A stretch of 64,000 nucleotides of DNA from Sulfolobales archaeon (GCA_026419835.1 JAOAKQ010000002.1:142015-206014); one strand, 5' to 3'. Shown: positions 46,427-56,480, numbered from the stretch's first letter. Made by a program: numbers and translations. Notes: generated by a model not told the origin, from the letters alone.

Positions 46427-48058
46427 CTACCTTCTAAGTCTCGGGTTAACGATCTCGTCTAGAGCCATACCGAAGAGAACGAATCCCGCTGCCAGCATTA
46501 TTAAACCGGCTATTGGCGGTATTATCCACCACCACGCGTTCATTAGTAGAGCTCCCTGGTAGTAGGCTTCGTTAATCATCCTACCCCACGTAGCCGCCTC
46601 CGGGTCTCCGAAACCGAGTAGCTGTATAGCTGCTTCGAAGAAGACAACGCCGGGTACCGACATAACGATTCTGTAGACTAGGTAGGGCACTAGCTGCGGC
46701 GCTATGTGCCTAATCATAATTCTCCACTCACTAGCGCCGAGAGCTTTGGCCGCCTCTACGTAGAGACTGTTCTTCAAAGTCATAGTCCACTGCCTAATTA
46801 TTCTAGCACCCCCCGGCCAGGCGGTGGCTATTAGAACTGCGTAGATGTTCCACAGAGACCTCCCGAACACCAGGCCGACGACCATGACTAGCGGGATCAC
46901 CGGTACGAAGTATATTACGTCTGTGAGTAGGGTTATCGAGTGGTCTGCGTAGGTCCCGGCCCTGTAGCCAGCCACCAGTCCGAAGACCAGTGCCACCATG
47001 GTAGTTACGGTAGCAACGGCAACCCCTAGAACGACGGCCGTTCTAGCTCCGTAGACGAACTGAGTCCACACATCGTTTCCGTAGGCTGTAGTGCCTAGAA
47101 CTCCGAAGGCGTCTCCCTTGATGAACACTCTAACTGGTGCGTAGCTAACTCTGAAATAGCCGTTCTGGCACCTCATCATGAAGTTCATCGGGTCGCAGTA
47201 GTACGTTACGTTTACAGCTATGTACAGCCTAGTATTTCTCTCCAGTAGGAGGTCGCGCGCAGCGTTTACCTCACCGAAGTGCTGCTTAGCTCTCTCTCTT
47301 AGCTCCGGGTCCTGAATAGACAGTATGTACGGCTGGAGCATGTTTCTCATGGGGTTCGGCAGCACGGCTGCCGCTGAAACTCTTAGAGTCCCCTTGTAGT
47401 ACTGGAATATCCACCCAACTCTCGTGGTAACTACATCGTACAGTGAGTATATTCCTCTAGGAATATCTACCTTAGCTACCCTACCTCCAGGCATTAGCAC
47501 TTCCAGGACCTTCTTCTCGTTTCTCTCTATAATATCCTTGTTGAACGCCAGAGTATCTACGTTGTACCACGCCTCGGACCTACCCTCTAGGTATGTCGCG
47601 TTAAACGCTATCCTCACGTCTAGAGACTTGGCCGGTCTGTACGGATACGCCACGTATTCTTCAGATACTAGCAGCAGGCTGGCGTAGCCGTTCCCCGTGA
47701 ATTCTATTTCAAAGCCGTCCTTAATGCGCAGCACATTTATTTTTACGTCTCCACTAACAACTCTCTTCTCTATCACGAAGCCGCTCAGTGTTTTAACTAT
47801 ATTGCGGGGCGTGTCGGGCGGTGCTGCCCAATCCGGCACCGCGAAATCCGCGGCTACGACATCTCTTATTGCCGGACTGTACGGCGTTAGTACCGGTGCT
47901 AAACCTCCTAGTAGTACCAGTATAGCTATGAAAGCTATACCGGTTACCGCGGTCTTCTTTCTGAAGACTAGTACTAGAACCTCCGTAAGTCTAACTAGTG
48001 CGAGCGTAGTGGTCGACCTAATCCGCGATGTACCCGAAGTGCGGGCCACTCTAGCCAC
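46427..48058 (-). CDS. ABC peptide transporter permease, DppC type, with about 250-aa extracytoplasmic insertion after TM1
   Basis: The C-terminal 210 aa are a standard BPD_transp_1 core (...ALGASEWRIMIRHIAPQLVPY..., ...ALDEIVNPRLRR). Residues about 60-330 lie between TM1 and the core and have no counterpart in the 361-aa DppC at 914-1999. Confidence 0.8.
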   Translation of the reverse strand: MARVARTSGTSRIRSTTTLALVRLTEVLVLVFRKKTAVTGIAFIAILVLLGGLAPVLTPYSPAIRDVVAADFAVPDWAAPPDTPRNIVKTLSGFVIEKRVVSGDVKINVLRIKDGFEIEFTGNGYASLLLVSEEYVAYPYRPAKSLDVRIAFNATYLEGRSEAWYNVDTLAFNKDIIERNEKKVLEVLMPGGRVAKVDIPRGIYSLYDVVTTRVGWIFQYYKGTLRVSAAAVLPNPMRNMLQPYILSIQDPELRERAKQHFGEVNAARDLLLERNTRLYIAVNVTYYCDPMNFMMRCQNGYFRVSYAPVRVFIKGDAFGVLGTTAYGNDVWTQFVYGARTAVVLGVAVATVTTMVALVFGLVAGYRAGTYADHSITLLTDVIYFVPVIPLVMVVGLVFGRSLWNIYAVLIATAWPGGARIIRQWTMTLKNSLYVEAAKALGASEWRIMIRHIAPQLVPYLVYRIVMSVPGVVFFEAAIQLLGFGDPEAATWGRMINEAYYQGALLMNAWWWIIPPIAGLIMLAAGFVLFGMALDEIVNPRLRR

Positions 48059-49079
48059 CCGTTCTTATCCTGGGGTCTATAGCTACTAGCACCAATTCTG
48101 CTACAAATAGCGAGACAACCGTTAGGAATGCCGATATGGTGAAGAATGCCGACATCACTGGGAAGTCCCAGTTTAGTAGTGCTTGGTACGAGAAGTAAGC
48201 TATGCCGGGCCAGTTGGAGATGATCTCGAATATTATAGCACCACCGAAGATACCGGGTATTGCGTAAGCTAGAGATATAACGATCGGCGGTCTGACGTTG
48301 GGTATTACGTGCTTCCTCAAGGTAGACTTCTCGTCGAGACCCTTAGCTAGTGCTGTGGTTACGTAGTCCTGCCCCATTTCAGATACTACTAGCTGTCTTA
48401 TGTAGTATATCCACCCACCGGACCAAGCTATTAATGCCGCTAACAGCATGGGTGACATGTACCACAGCAGGTACCTGAACTGGTCCCAATCTCTAATACC
48501 TATCTCGGGGGCTCTCACCGGTAGCGGGAATATGTATGTGTTGAACATCACTTTCGGTAGGTAGGCTAGCGTGTAGTATATTATCAGTAGTACGAGCCAC
48601 CCGGGGAGCATGTTGGAGAATATTGAGGCCTGGATTATTGCCGTATCAAGAGGCTTACCTCTGTTCTTCGCTGCCGTTATGCCTAGGTAGAACCCTAGGA
48701 CTATTGGAAGTATCGTAGTTATAGTGTAGAACGATAGCGTGTACGGTAGTCTAATAGCTATCTCGTTCATAACCGGTTTCTGCGTGTAGACAGATATTCC
48801 GAACTCAAATACAATTACGTTTCTCAGGTACATCATGAGCTGGTCCGGTATGAGGGGTCTATCGAGGCCGAACCTCTTTATAGTCTCGCCAATCCACAAG
48901 CTAAACCTAGGGTCTTCAGCCGTTCTCCTCAGCGATGCTAGAAGAGGGTCGGCAGCCATATTACCACCAGCGGCAACTACCGGTAGAACTCTAATGGCTA
49001 TAAAGTACACCATCAACACTATGACATAGGTTCCCAGCAATCTAATACCCGTTTTAGCTATGAAAGCACCGGCACCCAT
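48051..49079 (-). CDS. ABC peptide transporter permease, DppB type
   Basis: Permease core with a C-terminal ...LVAIDPRIRTGG. The ORF-track start at 49169 runs through the tandem repeats. ATG 49079 (MGAGAFIAKTG...) is the likely start. Confidence 0.8.
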   Translation of the reverse strand: MGAGAFIAKTGIRLLGTYVIVLMVYFIAIRVLPVVAAGGNMAADPLLASLRRTAEDPRFSLWIGETIKRFGLDRPLIPDQLMMYLRNVIVFEFGISVYTQKPVMNEIAIRLPYTLSFYTITTILPIVLGFYLGITAAKNRGKPLDTAIIQASIFSNMLPGWLVLLIIYYTLAYLPKVMFNTYIFPLPVRAPEIGIRDWDQFRYLLWYMSPMLLAALIAWSGGWIYYIRQLVVSEMGQDYVTTALAKGLDEKSTLRKHVIPNVRPPIVISLAYAIPGIFGGAIIFEIISNWPGIAYFSYQALLNWDFPVMSAFFTISAFLTVVSLFVAELVLVAIDPRIRTGG

Positions 49080-49123
49080 ACTTTCACCCAGTATGTGTGT
49101 ACTTGCTCTTAAATATGCTTTAA

Positions 49124-49187
49124 TGAAGCACGTATTCTGAGAACTAAATATTCTGAGAACTAAAACCACCCAGGGTTTAAGACCCAG
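49124..49187. repeat. two adjacent perfect tandem direct repeats (16 nt x2, then 14 nt x2) in the binding-protein/permease intergenic region
   Basis: tattctgagaactaaa at 49124-49139 and again at 49140-49155. cccagggtttaaga at 49160-49173 and again at 49174-49187. An A/T-rich tract follows (49188-49250). Confidence 0.85.
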
Positions 49188-49258
49188 GGTTTAAGAGATA
49201 ATGAAATTTATTGAAAAATAATATTTAAAGTTAAAAAAATGTCGTGGCTACTTTATGA

Positions 49259-51598
49259 CTACCTTCTTCTTATAGCTACAGATATTCCTAGTGCTACTAC
49301 TGAGATAGCTATAGCACCGTACGATAGAGTTGCCGGCGCCACGGCTCCTACAGCTTGAGTTGCCTCAGGCACGGCTTCAGCTGAAGTCAGTGCTATAGCT
49401 GGAGTCGTTATCTTAACTTCTGGTGCGGCGAACGTGATCATCGGTGGTGGCGCTATTGCTAGCGGAGGCATACCGGGTATTTCAATAACTACCGCTGGGG
49501 GTCTCTCAATTACAGGTCCTACTATGGGACCGACGCCCGGACCAACAGCGGCTGTGACAGTTAGTGTAGTAGTGTACTTGTTGTCGACGGACCACTTCAT
49601 TACGGGCTGCTCCGCGTAGATCTCCACTGCGTAGGTACCGGCTTTAAGTCCTGGCACGGTGGCTTCATACACGCCCTCTCCGATGTGAGTCGCTGTGAAG
49701 GTCAGTGTTACAGGTCCTACCAGCTTTACGGTTACCGAGGCGTTGGTAGCTCTAGCACCTAGGTAGTCTTCTAGAGTCACCTGTATCTTGAATGAAGTAC
49801 CCTCACCCACGGTTGTTGGAACGGCTACGGCTGCGAACTTCACAGTTCTCTCTGGGTGCCTGTAGAAGTACCACGGGTTCCAGACCAGCTCTGCGTAAGC
49901 TATTTCTCTAATCTTAGCTAGTGCGTACGGTCCTTGCCCTATCATTGCCGGTAGTCCCGGTACGGTTGGGTGCGGTAGTGTCGACGGGTCTTCTAGCGGG
50001 TTGGTTAATCTCTCGAATACGTGTTTAGGCAGCATCACGAACTCCGTGTATGAGTACGGGTCTACCCACCCGTAGTCCTTGAGGTACACCTCGGCGGTGG
50101 TCTTATCCACGACCTTGATCTCTACGAGGTGGTCCAGGTACGGACCGTAGTACCTCCTAGTCTTCAGCTCTAGACCGAACTTCTTTATCGTGTACACGTA
50201 ATCCTCGGCCGTTACCTCGACACCATCGTGCCATCTAATACCCTCAAACAACTTTATGGTAAACCTGAAGACCTTACTACCTCTATATTCAACCTCATCA
50301 ATTCTGAACGACTCCATGAACATCGGGACTCTGGGCTCCGCGTAGATGTTTTCAGGTCTTGTTACCATGGTGGCCATGTACATTCTGAATATTGCGTCAG
50401 CCTCGCTAGCCCACAAGTAGGTAGCTGGGTGGTACGTAGTTATATCGACCGTGTGGAAGTACCTTAGCGTACCTCCGAACTTCATATCTTTATACCTGAC
50501 GTTGTTCCACCAGAATACCGAGAGACCCACCGGGTCCTTTAGTGGTGGTGCGTAAGCCAGTATTATGGAGTCTCTGTCTATCTTACCATCGAAAGCCGTT
50601 ATACCGACACTAGTGTAGCTCGGTATCCACGGTATTATCTCCTTGGCTAGAATTAGCTGGACCTTGTGGGCGGCCTCCATAGCCTTGGTCATGTCTCTCG
50701 TGAAGTAGAACTCGTCGAGTAGGGCGTCTACCCTGCTGTCGTTAACGAACCACTCGTTCCACCCACCGGGTCTTATCTCTCTGCTGTGGAAGAAGTACCA
50801 CAGGAATGTTGGAAATCTTCCGAAGCTCCAGCCAATTATCCACGCCTGCGCAACTCCGGCGGTCGTAGCTGCGTCTAGCTCTCTGCTGCTTACAGCTCTT
50901 ACGGTTACTCTAAGTCCTATTGCTTCCGCCTCAGCCTTGATGTACATAGCGATCCACCAGTACACTGGCGATGTTGCTTCAGGTAGGGATAGTATCTCTA
51001 TTTCAACAACTCTACCACCCTCCCTCGGGTCGCACCAAGCCGGCCTACCGTCGGGACCTGTGCAGGGTGTGAAGATGCTGGCTAGGAGCCTCCTAGCTTT
51101 CTCGGGGTCGTATGGGTAGAGCTTCTCGAAGTCAGCTTCCCAGTTAGCCCAGGCACCGTGCGTTGGCGGGACTATAGTTGGGCACTTAACCGCTAGTCCT
51201 CTCAATGGCGACTCGGCGATTATCTTATCTCTATTCCATAGGTGTGCGAGAGCTGCTCTCAGCTCGTAGTACTTAACGGGCCACAGCCTTACGTTGAAGT
51301 GGAGTGAACCTAGAGAGTTTATGCCTATGGTGAATATTATGTGAGCGTCCGGTCTATTAGTTCTTATTCTATCTAGGTGAGCTGGAAGTACACCGACCAG
51401 AGATAGCTCACCGGCTTCGAAAGCTAGGAGCCTCATAGTGTAGTCCTTCATTACCGGGTAGGTTATCCTGTCTAAGTACGGCCCGTACCTGTACCAGTGC
51501 TCTCCAAGCTCCCTCTGAGCTTCTACCGGAGACGCGATGCCTAGGAGTAGTATTGCTATGATCGATACCGTAGCTAGACCTACCGTTACGTACCGCAT
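49259..51598 (-). CDS. ABC transporter substrate-binding protein, family 5 (peptide/oligosaccharide), with C-terminal Ig-like module, Pro-rich linker and TM anchor
   Basis: 779 aa. N-terminal signal/anchor, an SBP_bac_5-like body, then ...VTLTFTATHIGEGVYEATVPGLKAGTYAVEIYA..., a P/V/A-rich stretch, and a final hydrophobic helix ending in RRR. Confidence 0.85.
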   Translation of the reverse strand: MRYVTVGLATVSIIAILLLGIASPVEAQRELGEHWYRYGPYLDRITYPVMKDYTMRLLAFEAGELSLVGVLPAHLDRIRTNRPDAHIIFTIGINSLGSLHFNVRLWPVKYYELRAALAHLWNRDKIIAESPLRGLAVKCPTIVPPTHGAWANWEADFEKLYPYDPEKARRLLASIFTPCTGPDGRPAWCDPREGGRVVEIEILSLPEATSPVYWWIAMYIKAEAEAIGLRVTVRAVSSRELDAATTAGVAQAWIIGWSFGRFPTFLWYFFHSREIRPGGWNEWFVNDSRVDALLDEFYFTRDMTKAMEAAHKVQLILAKEIIPWIPSYTSVGITAFDGKIDRDSIILAYAPPLKDPVGLSVFWWNNVRYKDMKFGGTLRYFHTVDITTYHPATYLWASEADAIFRMYMATMVTRPENIYAEPRVPMFMESFRIDEVEYRGSKVFRFTIKLFEGIRWHDGVEVTAEDYVYTIKKFGLELKTRRYYGPYLDHLVEIKVVDKTTAEVYLKDYGWVDPYSYTEFVMLPKHVFERLTNPLEDPSTLPHPTVPGLPAMIGQGPYALAKIREIAYAELVWNPWYFYRHPERTVKFAAVAVPTTVGEGTSFKIQVTLEDYLGARATNASVTVKLVGPVTLTFTATHIGEGVYEATVPGLKAGTYAVEIYAEQPVMKWSVDNKYTTTLTVTAAVGPGVGPIVGPVIERPPAVVIEIPGMPPLAIAPPPMITFAAPEVKITTPAIALTSAEAVPEATQAVGAVAPATLSYGAIAISVVALGISVAIRRR

Positions 51599-51800
51599 AA
51601 CTTACCCCAAGCTAGGTAACACTGAGAGTTTATAAAGCTTCCACTTAGTTCCTAGTCAGACGGATTCGCGCACACAGTTCACGCACCAACTCAGAGACAC
51701 TTCCCCGGCGTTCTAGTTCTTGAATCTGAAGCTGCGCCAGATGCCTCAGACCGATTTCCGGACTTATTTAGCCGGCCTACACACTATGGTGGAATACGCT

Positions 51801-53030
51801 ATGATACCCAAGCTACCGATTCTAGATGACGTCGATCTCGGGAAGCTCAAAGTTCTAGTTCGAGTTGACTTTAACGTTCCGCTAGATTCCGAGGGCAGGA
51901 TTCTCGATACGTCAAGAATTAGAGCGCACGTTGCGACCGTTAGGAAGCTTCTTGAAGCTGGGTGTGCCGTGGTTCTAATGTCGCACCAGGGTAGACCCGG
52001 TGAAGAAGGCTTTACTCAGCTTAAACCCCATAGCGAGATACTCTCGAACTACCTAGGAATTGATGTAAGGTTTGTTGAAGATGTTATGGGCCCTGCAGCG
52101 GTATCTGAAATCAAGAAGTTGAGTTCTGGAGAAGTACTGCTGCTAGATAACGTTAGGTTCGTTTCTGAGGAACTAGTTGAAGCCCCTCCGGAGGTTCACG
52201 CTAGGAGTTTCTTAGTGAGAAGACTGGCACCTCTATTTGACCTCTACGTTTTCGATGCCTTTGCTACTGCTCATAGATCTCAGCCATCCATAGTAGGCTT
52301 CCCGCTGGTTCTCAAGTCCGTTATAGGCTACGTTATGAGAAGTGAGGTTGAAGCTCTTAGAAGAATCGTAAACTCCGACTACTCGCCGAGAGTCTTCGTA
52401 CTGGGGGGTGCGAAGGTAGCCGACACACTTAAGATAGTGGAGAACTTGAGTAAGAACAGGTTGGCGGATAGAATACTCACAACAGGCCTGGTAGCACTCG
52501 TATTTCACGCAGCTCGAGGAGGGAAGGTCTCCGAGTACGTGCTGAAAGTTCTTGAGGATAGGGGTCTCATCACCATGGTCCCCAGAGCTCGCCGAATACT
52601 ACTAGGAGGCGCTCCGGTAGACGTACCGCTAGACTACGTAGTAGTTAAGAACGATGGGACTGTGGATGAGTGCCCCGCTAGTGCTATAGTGGGAGTTCCT
52701 ATGGATATCGGAACCTACACAATGCAGATGTACTCCGAGTTGATGAAGGATGCTAAGCTAATAGTTATGAGAGGACCGGCTGGGTACTTAGAGGATCCCA
52801 GGTTTAGAGCTGGTTCCGAATCTCTAATATCTTCAGCTCTAAGAAGTAGCGCATTCCTCGTAATAGGAGGTGGGCATCTCGGAGCTCTCGTAGGGGACAG
52901 TGCTGGAGAAAGAACGCACGTATCGACAGGTGGTGGAGCTCTCCTCATGGCGCTCGCTGGCGAAGAGCTCCCAGCTATTAGAGCTCTAAGAGAATCCGCT
53001 AGAAAGTTCTTCAACTGGAGCGATAGCTAG
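51801..53030 (+). CDS. pgk: phosphoglycerate kinase
   Basis: VLVRVDFNVPL, MSHQGRPG and C-terminal STGGGA motifs. ATG 51801 is preceded by GGTGG 7 nt upstream. The ORF-track start at 51720 is probably too long. Confidence 0.9.
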   Translation: MIPKLPILDDVDLGKLKVLVRVDFNVPLDSEGRILDTSRIRAHVATVRKLLEAGCAVVLMSHQGRPGEEGFTQLKPHSEILSNYLGIDVRFVEDVMGPAAVSEIKKLSSGEVLLLDNVRFVSEELVEAPPEVHARSFLVRRLAPLFDLYVFDAFATAHRSQPSIVGFPLVLKSVIGYVMRSEVEALRRIVNSDYSPRVFVLGGAKVADTLKIVENLSKNRLADRILTTGLVALVFHAARGGKVSEYVLKVLEDRGLITMVPRARRILLGGAPVDVPLDYVVVKNDGTVDECPASAIVGVPMDIGTYTMQMYSELMKDAKLIVMRGPAGYLEDPRFRAGSESLISSALRSSAFLVIGGGHLGALVGDSAGERTHVSTGGGALLMALAGEELPAIRALRESARKFFNWSDS

Positions 53031-53158
53031 GAGCTGAGCTTCGCAACGCGAGTGCGGACTCTACCTGTACAGATCTCACCTGCGGACGTCTTTGATGAAG
53101 AGAGGCTGCGTAGCGGTGCTGCGCTACATGAACTTATAAACCCAGTTGATAAGCTTTC

Positions 53159-54169
53159 ATGGAGATCCACGTGTTCATAAAGAAGCCCGTTCTAATAGGT
53201 CTAGTTGTCATAGCTCTAGTTGCTGCTATAGCTGCCTACACTCTATGGCCTAGACCTGCGGTTAAACCCTACGCTCTGAACATATGGACTGGCGGGACTG
53301 GCGGAGTCTACTATCCACTCGGTGTTAAGCTATCTGAAATGCTAAATAAGTACGCTGGTGACGTAATCTCGTCATCGGTATCTACGAGTGGTGCTTCGGT
53401 AGCTAATATGAGAGCTCTCGCCGCTGGAGACGCGAATCTCGTATTCGTTCAAAACGATATTGCCTACTACGCCTATAGAGGGGTCTACATGTTTGAAGGT
53501 AGTAGAGTAGGTGTTGTAAGAGGTATAGCCGTTCTCTATCCCGAAGTAGTTCAAATAGTTGTTAGAGCGGATAGCGGTATAAAGAGCATATACGACCTCG
53601 AGGGAAAGAGAGTAGCTATAGGAGCTGCTGGTAGTGGAACTGCTGTTGAAGCGGAACTCATTCTAAGAGCCGCTGGATTGTGGGATAAGATAGCCGCTCA
53701 AAACCTAGATTTCGTAGCTGCCGCCGAGTCCATTAAGCTGGGTCTAGTTGATGCGGCTTTTGTAGTTGCTGGAATACCTACGTCCGCCGTACTATCTCTA
53801 GCTGCGGCAGTACCCGTGAACTTAGTTGAAGTTCCAGATGAGGTACTGAATAAGCTTGTTGAGCAGGGATACAGGTTCTTCATTAGGTACGCAGTTCCCG
53901 CAAATACTTACACCGGCATGACATCCGACGTCAGAACTCTAGCGGTTAAAGCCATGCTAGCCGTTAGAGCTGACGTTCCCGACCACGTAGTCTACAACGT
54001 GCTGAAAGTCATGTTTGAGCGCATTAGCGAGCTTAGAGAAGCTCACGCAAGAGCGAGAGATATAGAGCTTGCGAGAGCACTAGAAGGAATGCCAATACCT
54101 TTGCACCCTGGTGCTATAAGGTTCTACCAGGAGAAGGGAATAAGCATCCCAAGTGAGTTAAGACCGTGA
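53159..54169 (+). CDS. TRAP transporter solute receptor, TAXI family
   Basis: N-terminal anchor, then the TGGTGGVYYPLG hallmark and overall TAXI-like sequence. Confidence 0.85.
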   Translation: MEIHVFIKKPVLIGLVVIALVAAIAAYTLWPRPAVKPYALNIWTGGTGGVYYPLGVKLSEMLNKYAGDVISSSVSTSGASVANMRALAAGDANLVFVQNDIAYYAYRGVYMFEGSRVGVVRGIAVLYPEVVQIVVRADSGIKSIYDLEGKRVAIGAAGSGTAVEAELILRAAGLWDKIAAQNLDFVAAAESIKLGLVDAAFVVAGIPTSAVLSLAAAVPVNLVEVPDEVLNKLVEQGYRFFIRYAVPANTYTGMTSDVRTLAVKAMLAVRADVPDHVVYNVLKVMFERISELREAHARARDIELARALEGMPIPLHPGAIRFYQEKGISIPSELRP

Positions 54170-54179
54170 GAGACCGGTT

Positions 54180-54701
54180 TTGGCGGTCTGTAGATCCAGA
54201 AGATTTTTTAATTTCGCGTACACCTTCACGCTCGTAGCTGTCTTCGCATTTTTACTCACACCACTCATATCGGTAGGCTTTGTTAGTATAGATGGAGAAA
54301 ACGTAGCTGTAGTAGTTAGCGCAGAAACGGAGGTAGTAGTTGTCTACCGCCACAGTGTAGAACTGTACCTGGTCATAGAGAGGTATGTTGTTGAAAACTG
54401 CGGTCTTAGACTCACGCAGTTAAAGTGGGCGGGATTTGGAGCTGGAATGCCTTCGTCATATACGGATGTATCGAACTGGTCTACTCTGTGGAGACCTAGT
54501 GAAGGAGCTATAGCTAAAATCGACCTAGCTCTGGGGAAGGAGCTCGTCATATCGGTAAAACACGTAGCTGACCGCGCGGTGCTTCTCAGTGGTACGAGTA
54601 TTGATGTAGGAAGTAATGTAACTCTGAGGACGTGCTTTAAGGTATCTGTCGTAGGTCTCCTCATAGAATACATCAAGCTCGCACTGCTAAAGCCCCACTA
54701 G
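54180..54701 (+). CDS. DUF1850-like protein
   Basis: 173 aa with an N-terminal TM. ...YRHSVELYLVIERY... and ...GFGAGMP... resemble DUF1850, a family usually found next to TAXI receptors. Confidence 0.55.
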   Translation: MAVCRSRRFFNFAYTFTLVAVFAFLLTPLISVGFVSIDGENVAVVVSAETEVVVVYRHSVELYLVIERYVVENCGLRLTQLKWAGFGAGMPSSYTDVSNWSTLWRPSEGAIAKIDLALGKELVISVKHVADRAVLLSGTSIDVGSNVTLRTCFKVSVVGLLIEYIKLALLKPH

Positions 54702-54815
54702 AAACTCACTGAGTACGGTGCTTCGACTTATCTTTGTGTCTCCAGTTTAAGTCATCTGGGGTAGGTCCTGCTAGTTCAAAGTTTCGCTAAGCTACTGTCT
54801 TGGTGTAAACCTGGG

Positions 54816-55778
54816 GTGGTGATTGTAACCCACAGAAATGCTGATGTAGACTCCGTAGCTGCGGCAGTTACCTTGAGCTACGCTCTAAAGCTCTATAGCG
54901 GTACGAACTTCGATGTCTGCGTTCCAGAGGGTGCGGATGCCGTTAGTAGGAGGGTTCTCTCCGGCCTAGGCTTCAATATCCCGGAGAGTGAGAAGTGCTC
55001 TAGTAGGAGAGTTGTGTTTATTGACGTATCTTCCCCGACCCAAGTAGAGGGAGTGGAGTTCGAGGAGTGCTCACTCGTAGACCACCACTCGGTAAATACG
55101 CTAGTAGAGAGGTGTAGCCCTAGAATCTACGACCCGAGTTCTAAAGCTACGTCAGCAATTCTAGCTGAAGTTCTCATGCTGTCCGGGTACGCAATTCCTA
55201 GGAATTACGCAACGCTACTACTAGCGGGCATTCTCTTCGATACTAGGTTTCTGAGAATAGCAGACTCTAGGCTACTGAGAGTTACTGCGAGGCTTCTCGA
55301 TATAGGTGCTGATCTCGAGGAAGCTACTCACCTCCTGGTTCAGCAGGAGGTTCCGTACGCTGAGCGTGTTGCTAGATTGAAGAGCCTCTCGAGAATGGGG
55401 ATATACGTCATCGGAGATAGGTACATCGTGACCGTGACCTGCGTAGGGGCTTACGAATCATCCTCTCTTAAATACTCAGTAGAAGCCGGGTCCGACGTAG
55501 CTATAGCCATAGCTTCGAGAGATAGCGTAGCTCGCATCACCATTAGAGCGAGCGGTAGGTTCGTTAAGGACGTGGGGACCCCCGTAGCCGCTGAGCTAGC
55601 TAAGTACTTAGGTGAGCGTCTGGGTGGGAGTGGTGGAGGTCACGAAGCCGCTGCGGGTGCCGCTATCTCCAGAAACTACATTAGAGGTTTGGAGAAGGCT
55701 ATCGCCGATTTCTTTGAGCTCCGCGGTTTTAAGATGCGGGTGCTAGATAGAGGTAGATGGATGGAGGAGTGTGCTTAA
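54816..55778 (+). CDS. DHH/DHHA1 family phosphoesterase (NrnA-like)
   Basis: THRNADVDS (motif I), FIDV, VDHH (motif III), and the DHHA1 motif GGGGHEAAAG. Confidence 0.8.
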   Translation: MVIVTHRNADVDSVAAAVTLSYALKLYSGTNFDVCVPEGADAVSRRVLSGLGFNIPESEKCSSRRVVFIDVSSPTQVEGVEFEECSLVDHHSVNTLVERCSPRIYDPSSKATSAILAEVLMLSGYAIPRNYATLLLAGILFDTRFLRIADSRLLRVTARLLDIGADLEEATHLLVQQEVPYAERVARLKSLSRMGIYVIGDRYIVTVTCVGAYESSSLKYSVEAGSDVAIAIASRDSVARITIRASGRFVKDVGTPVAAELAKYLGERLGGSGGGHEAAAGAAISRNYIRGLEKAIADFFELRGFKMRVLDRGRWMEECA

Positions 55779-56477
55779 ATGGTGAAGATCTACGTAGACG
55801 TTAGAGAGAAGGAGTCCGAGGTTCCTAGGTACCTGACGGGGCTGGGTGTAACAGTAATCTTCAAGCAGCTCCCCGTCGGAGACTACTTAATAGCTGAGAA
55901 GGTCGTTGCTGAGAGAAAGAGTGTTGGCGACCTAGCTAAGTCGGTTTTCGATGGAAGGTTCTTCAACCAGCTGTCTAGGCTTACGCAGTCGGCTAGTAGA
56001 TGCTTCCTGGTTGTTGAAGGTGACTTGGAGAAGCTGAAGTACATCACATCGAACTACAGAGCCGTTCTAGCGGCACTCTACTACTCATCAGTTATTAGTA
56101 GAGTACCCATCGTACTGACGGATAGTCCGAAGCACACCGCGGAAATACTCAAGTACTTCTCGATGAAGCTCCAGGAGAAGCCCAGGGTTTTGGGAGATGT
56201 AGCTAGAGGTAAGCCTAGGGGTGAAGCGGTAGGTAAGTGGCAGCTGTACGTAGTATCAGCTCTCCCGGGAATCGGGGCTAGAACCGCTGAGAAGCTACTG
56301 AAGAAGTTCGGGAGCGTAAAGAACGTGTTCAACGCATCTATTCCGGAGCTGGTTAGTGTTGAAGGCGTATCGGAAGAAAAAGCCTCCCTAATCTTCAGAA
56401 TCATTAACGAACCGTACGTTAAAAAGCAGGTGAAGAGCTTAGAGAGCTTCATCGGGGAAGATAGGGGTGGGGAGTAG
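55779..56477 (+). CDS. xpf: XPF/ERCC4 structure-specific endonuclease, short crenarchaeal form (nuclease + HhH2)
   Basis: ERCC4 motif VGDYLIAEKVVAERKSVGDLAKSVFDGRFFNQ. C-terminal tandem HhH (LPGIGARTAEKLLKKFGSVKNVF...VEGVSEEKA). Confidence 0.85.
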   Translation: MVKIYVDVREKESEVPRYLTGLGVTVIFKQLPVGDYLIAEKVVAERKSVGDLAKSVFDGRFFNQLSRLTQSASRCFLVVEGDLEKLKYITSNYRAVLAALYYSSVISRVPIVLTDSPKHTAEILKYFSMKLQEKPRVLGDVARGKPRGEAVGKWQLYVVSALPGIGARTAEKLLKKFGSVKNVFNASIPELVSVEGVSEEKASLIFRIINEPYVKKQVKSLESFIGEDRGGE

Positions 56478-56480
56478 TTG

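Noticed and set aside
49124-49187. The tandem repeats as a mini-CRISPR array.
   Set aside because: There are only two units each, directly abutting with no spacers. No cas genes are present in the window, and the repeat lengths (14 and 16 nt) are too short.
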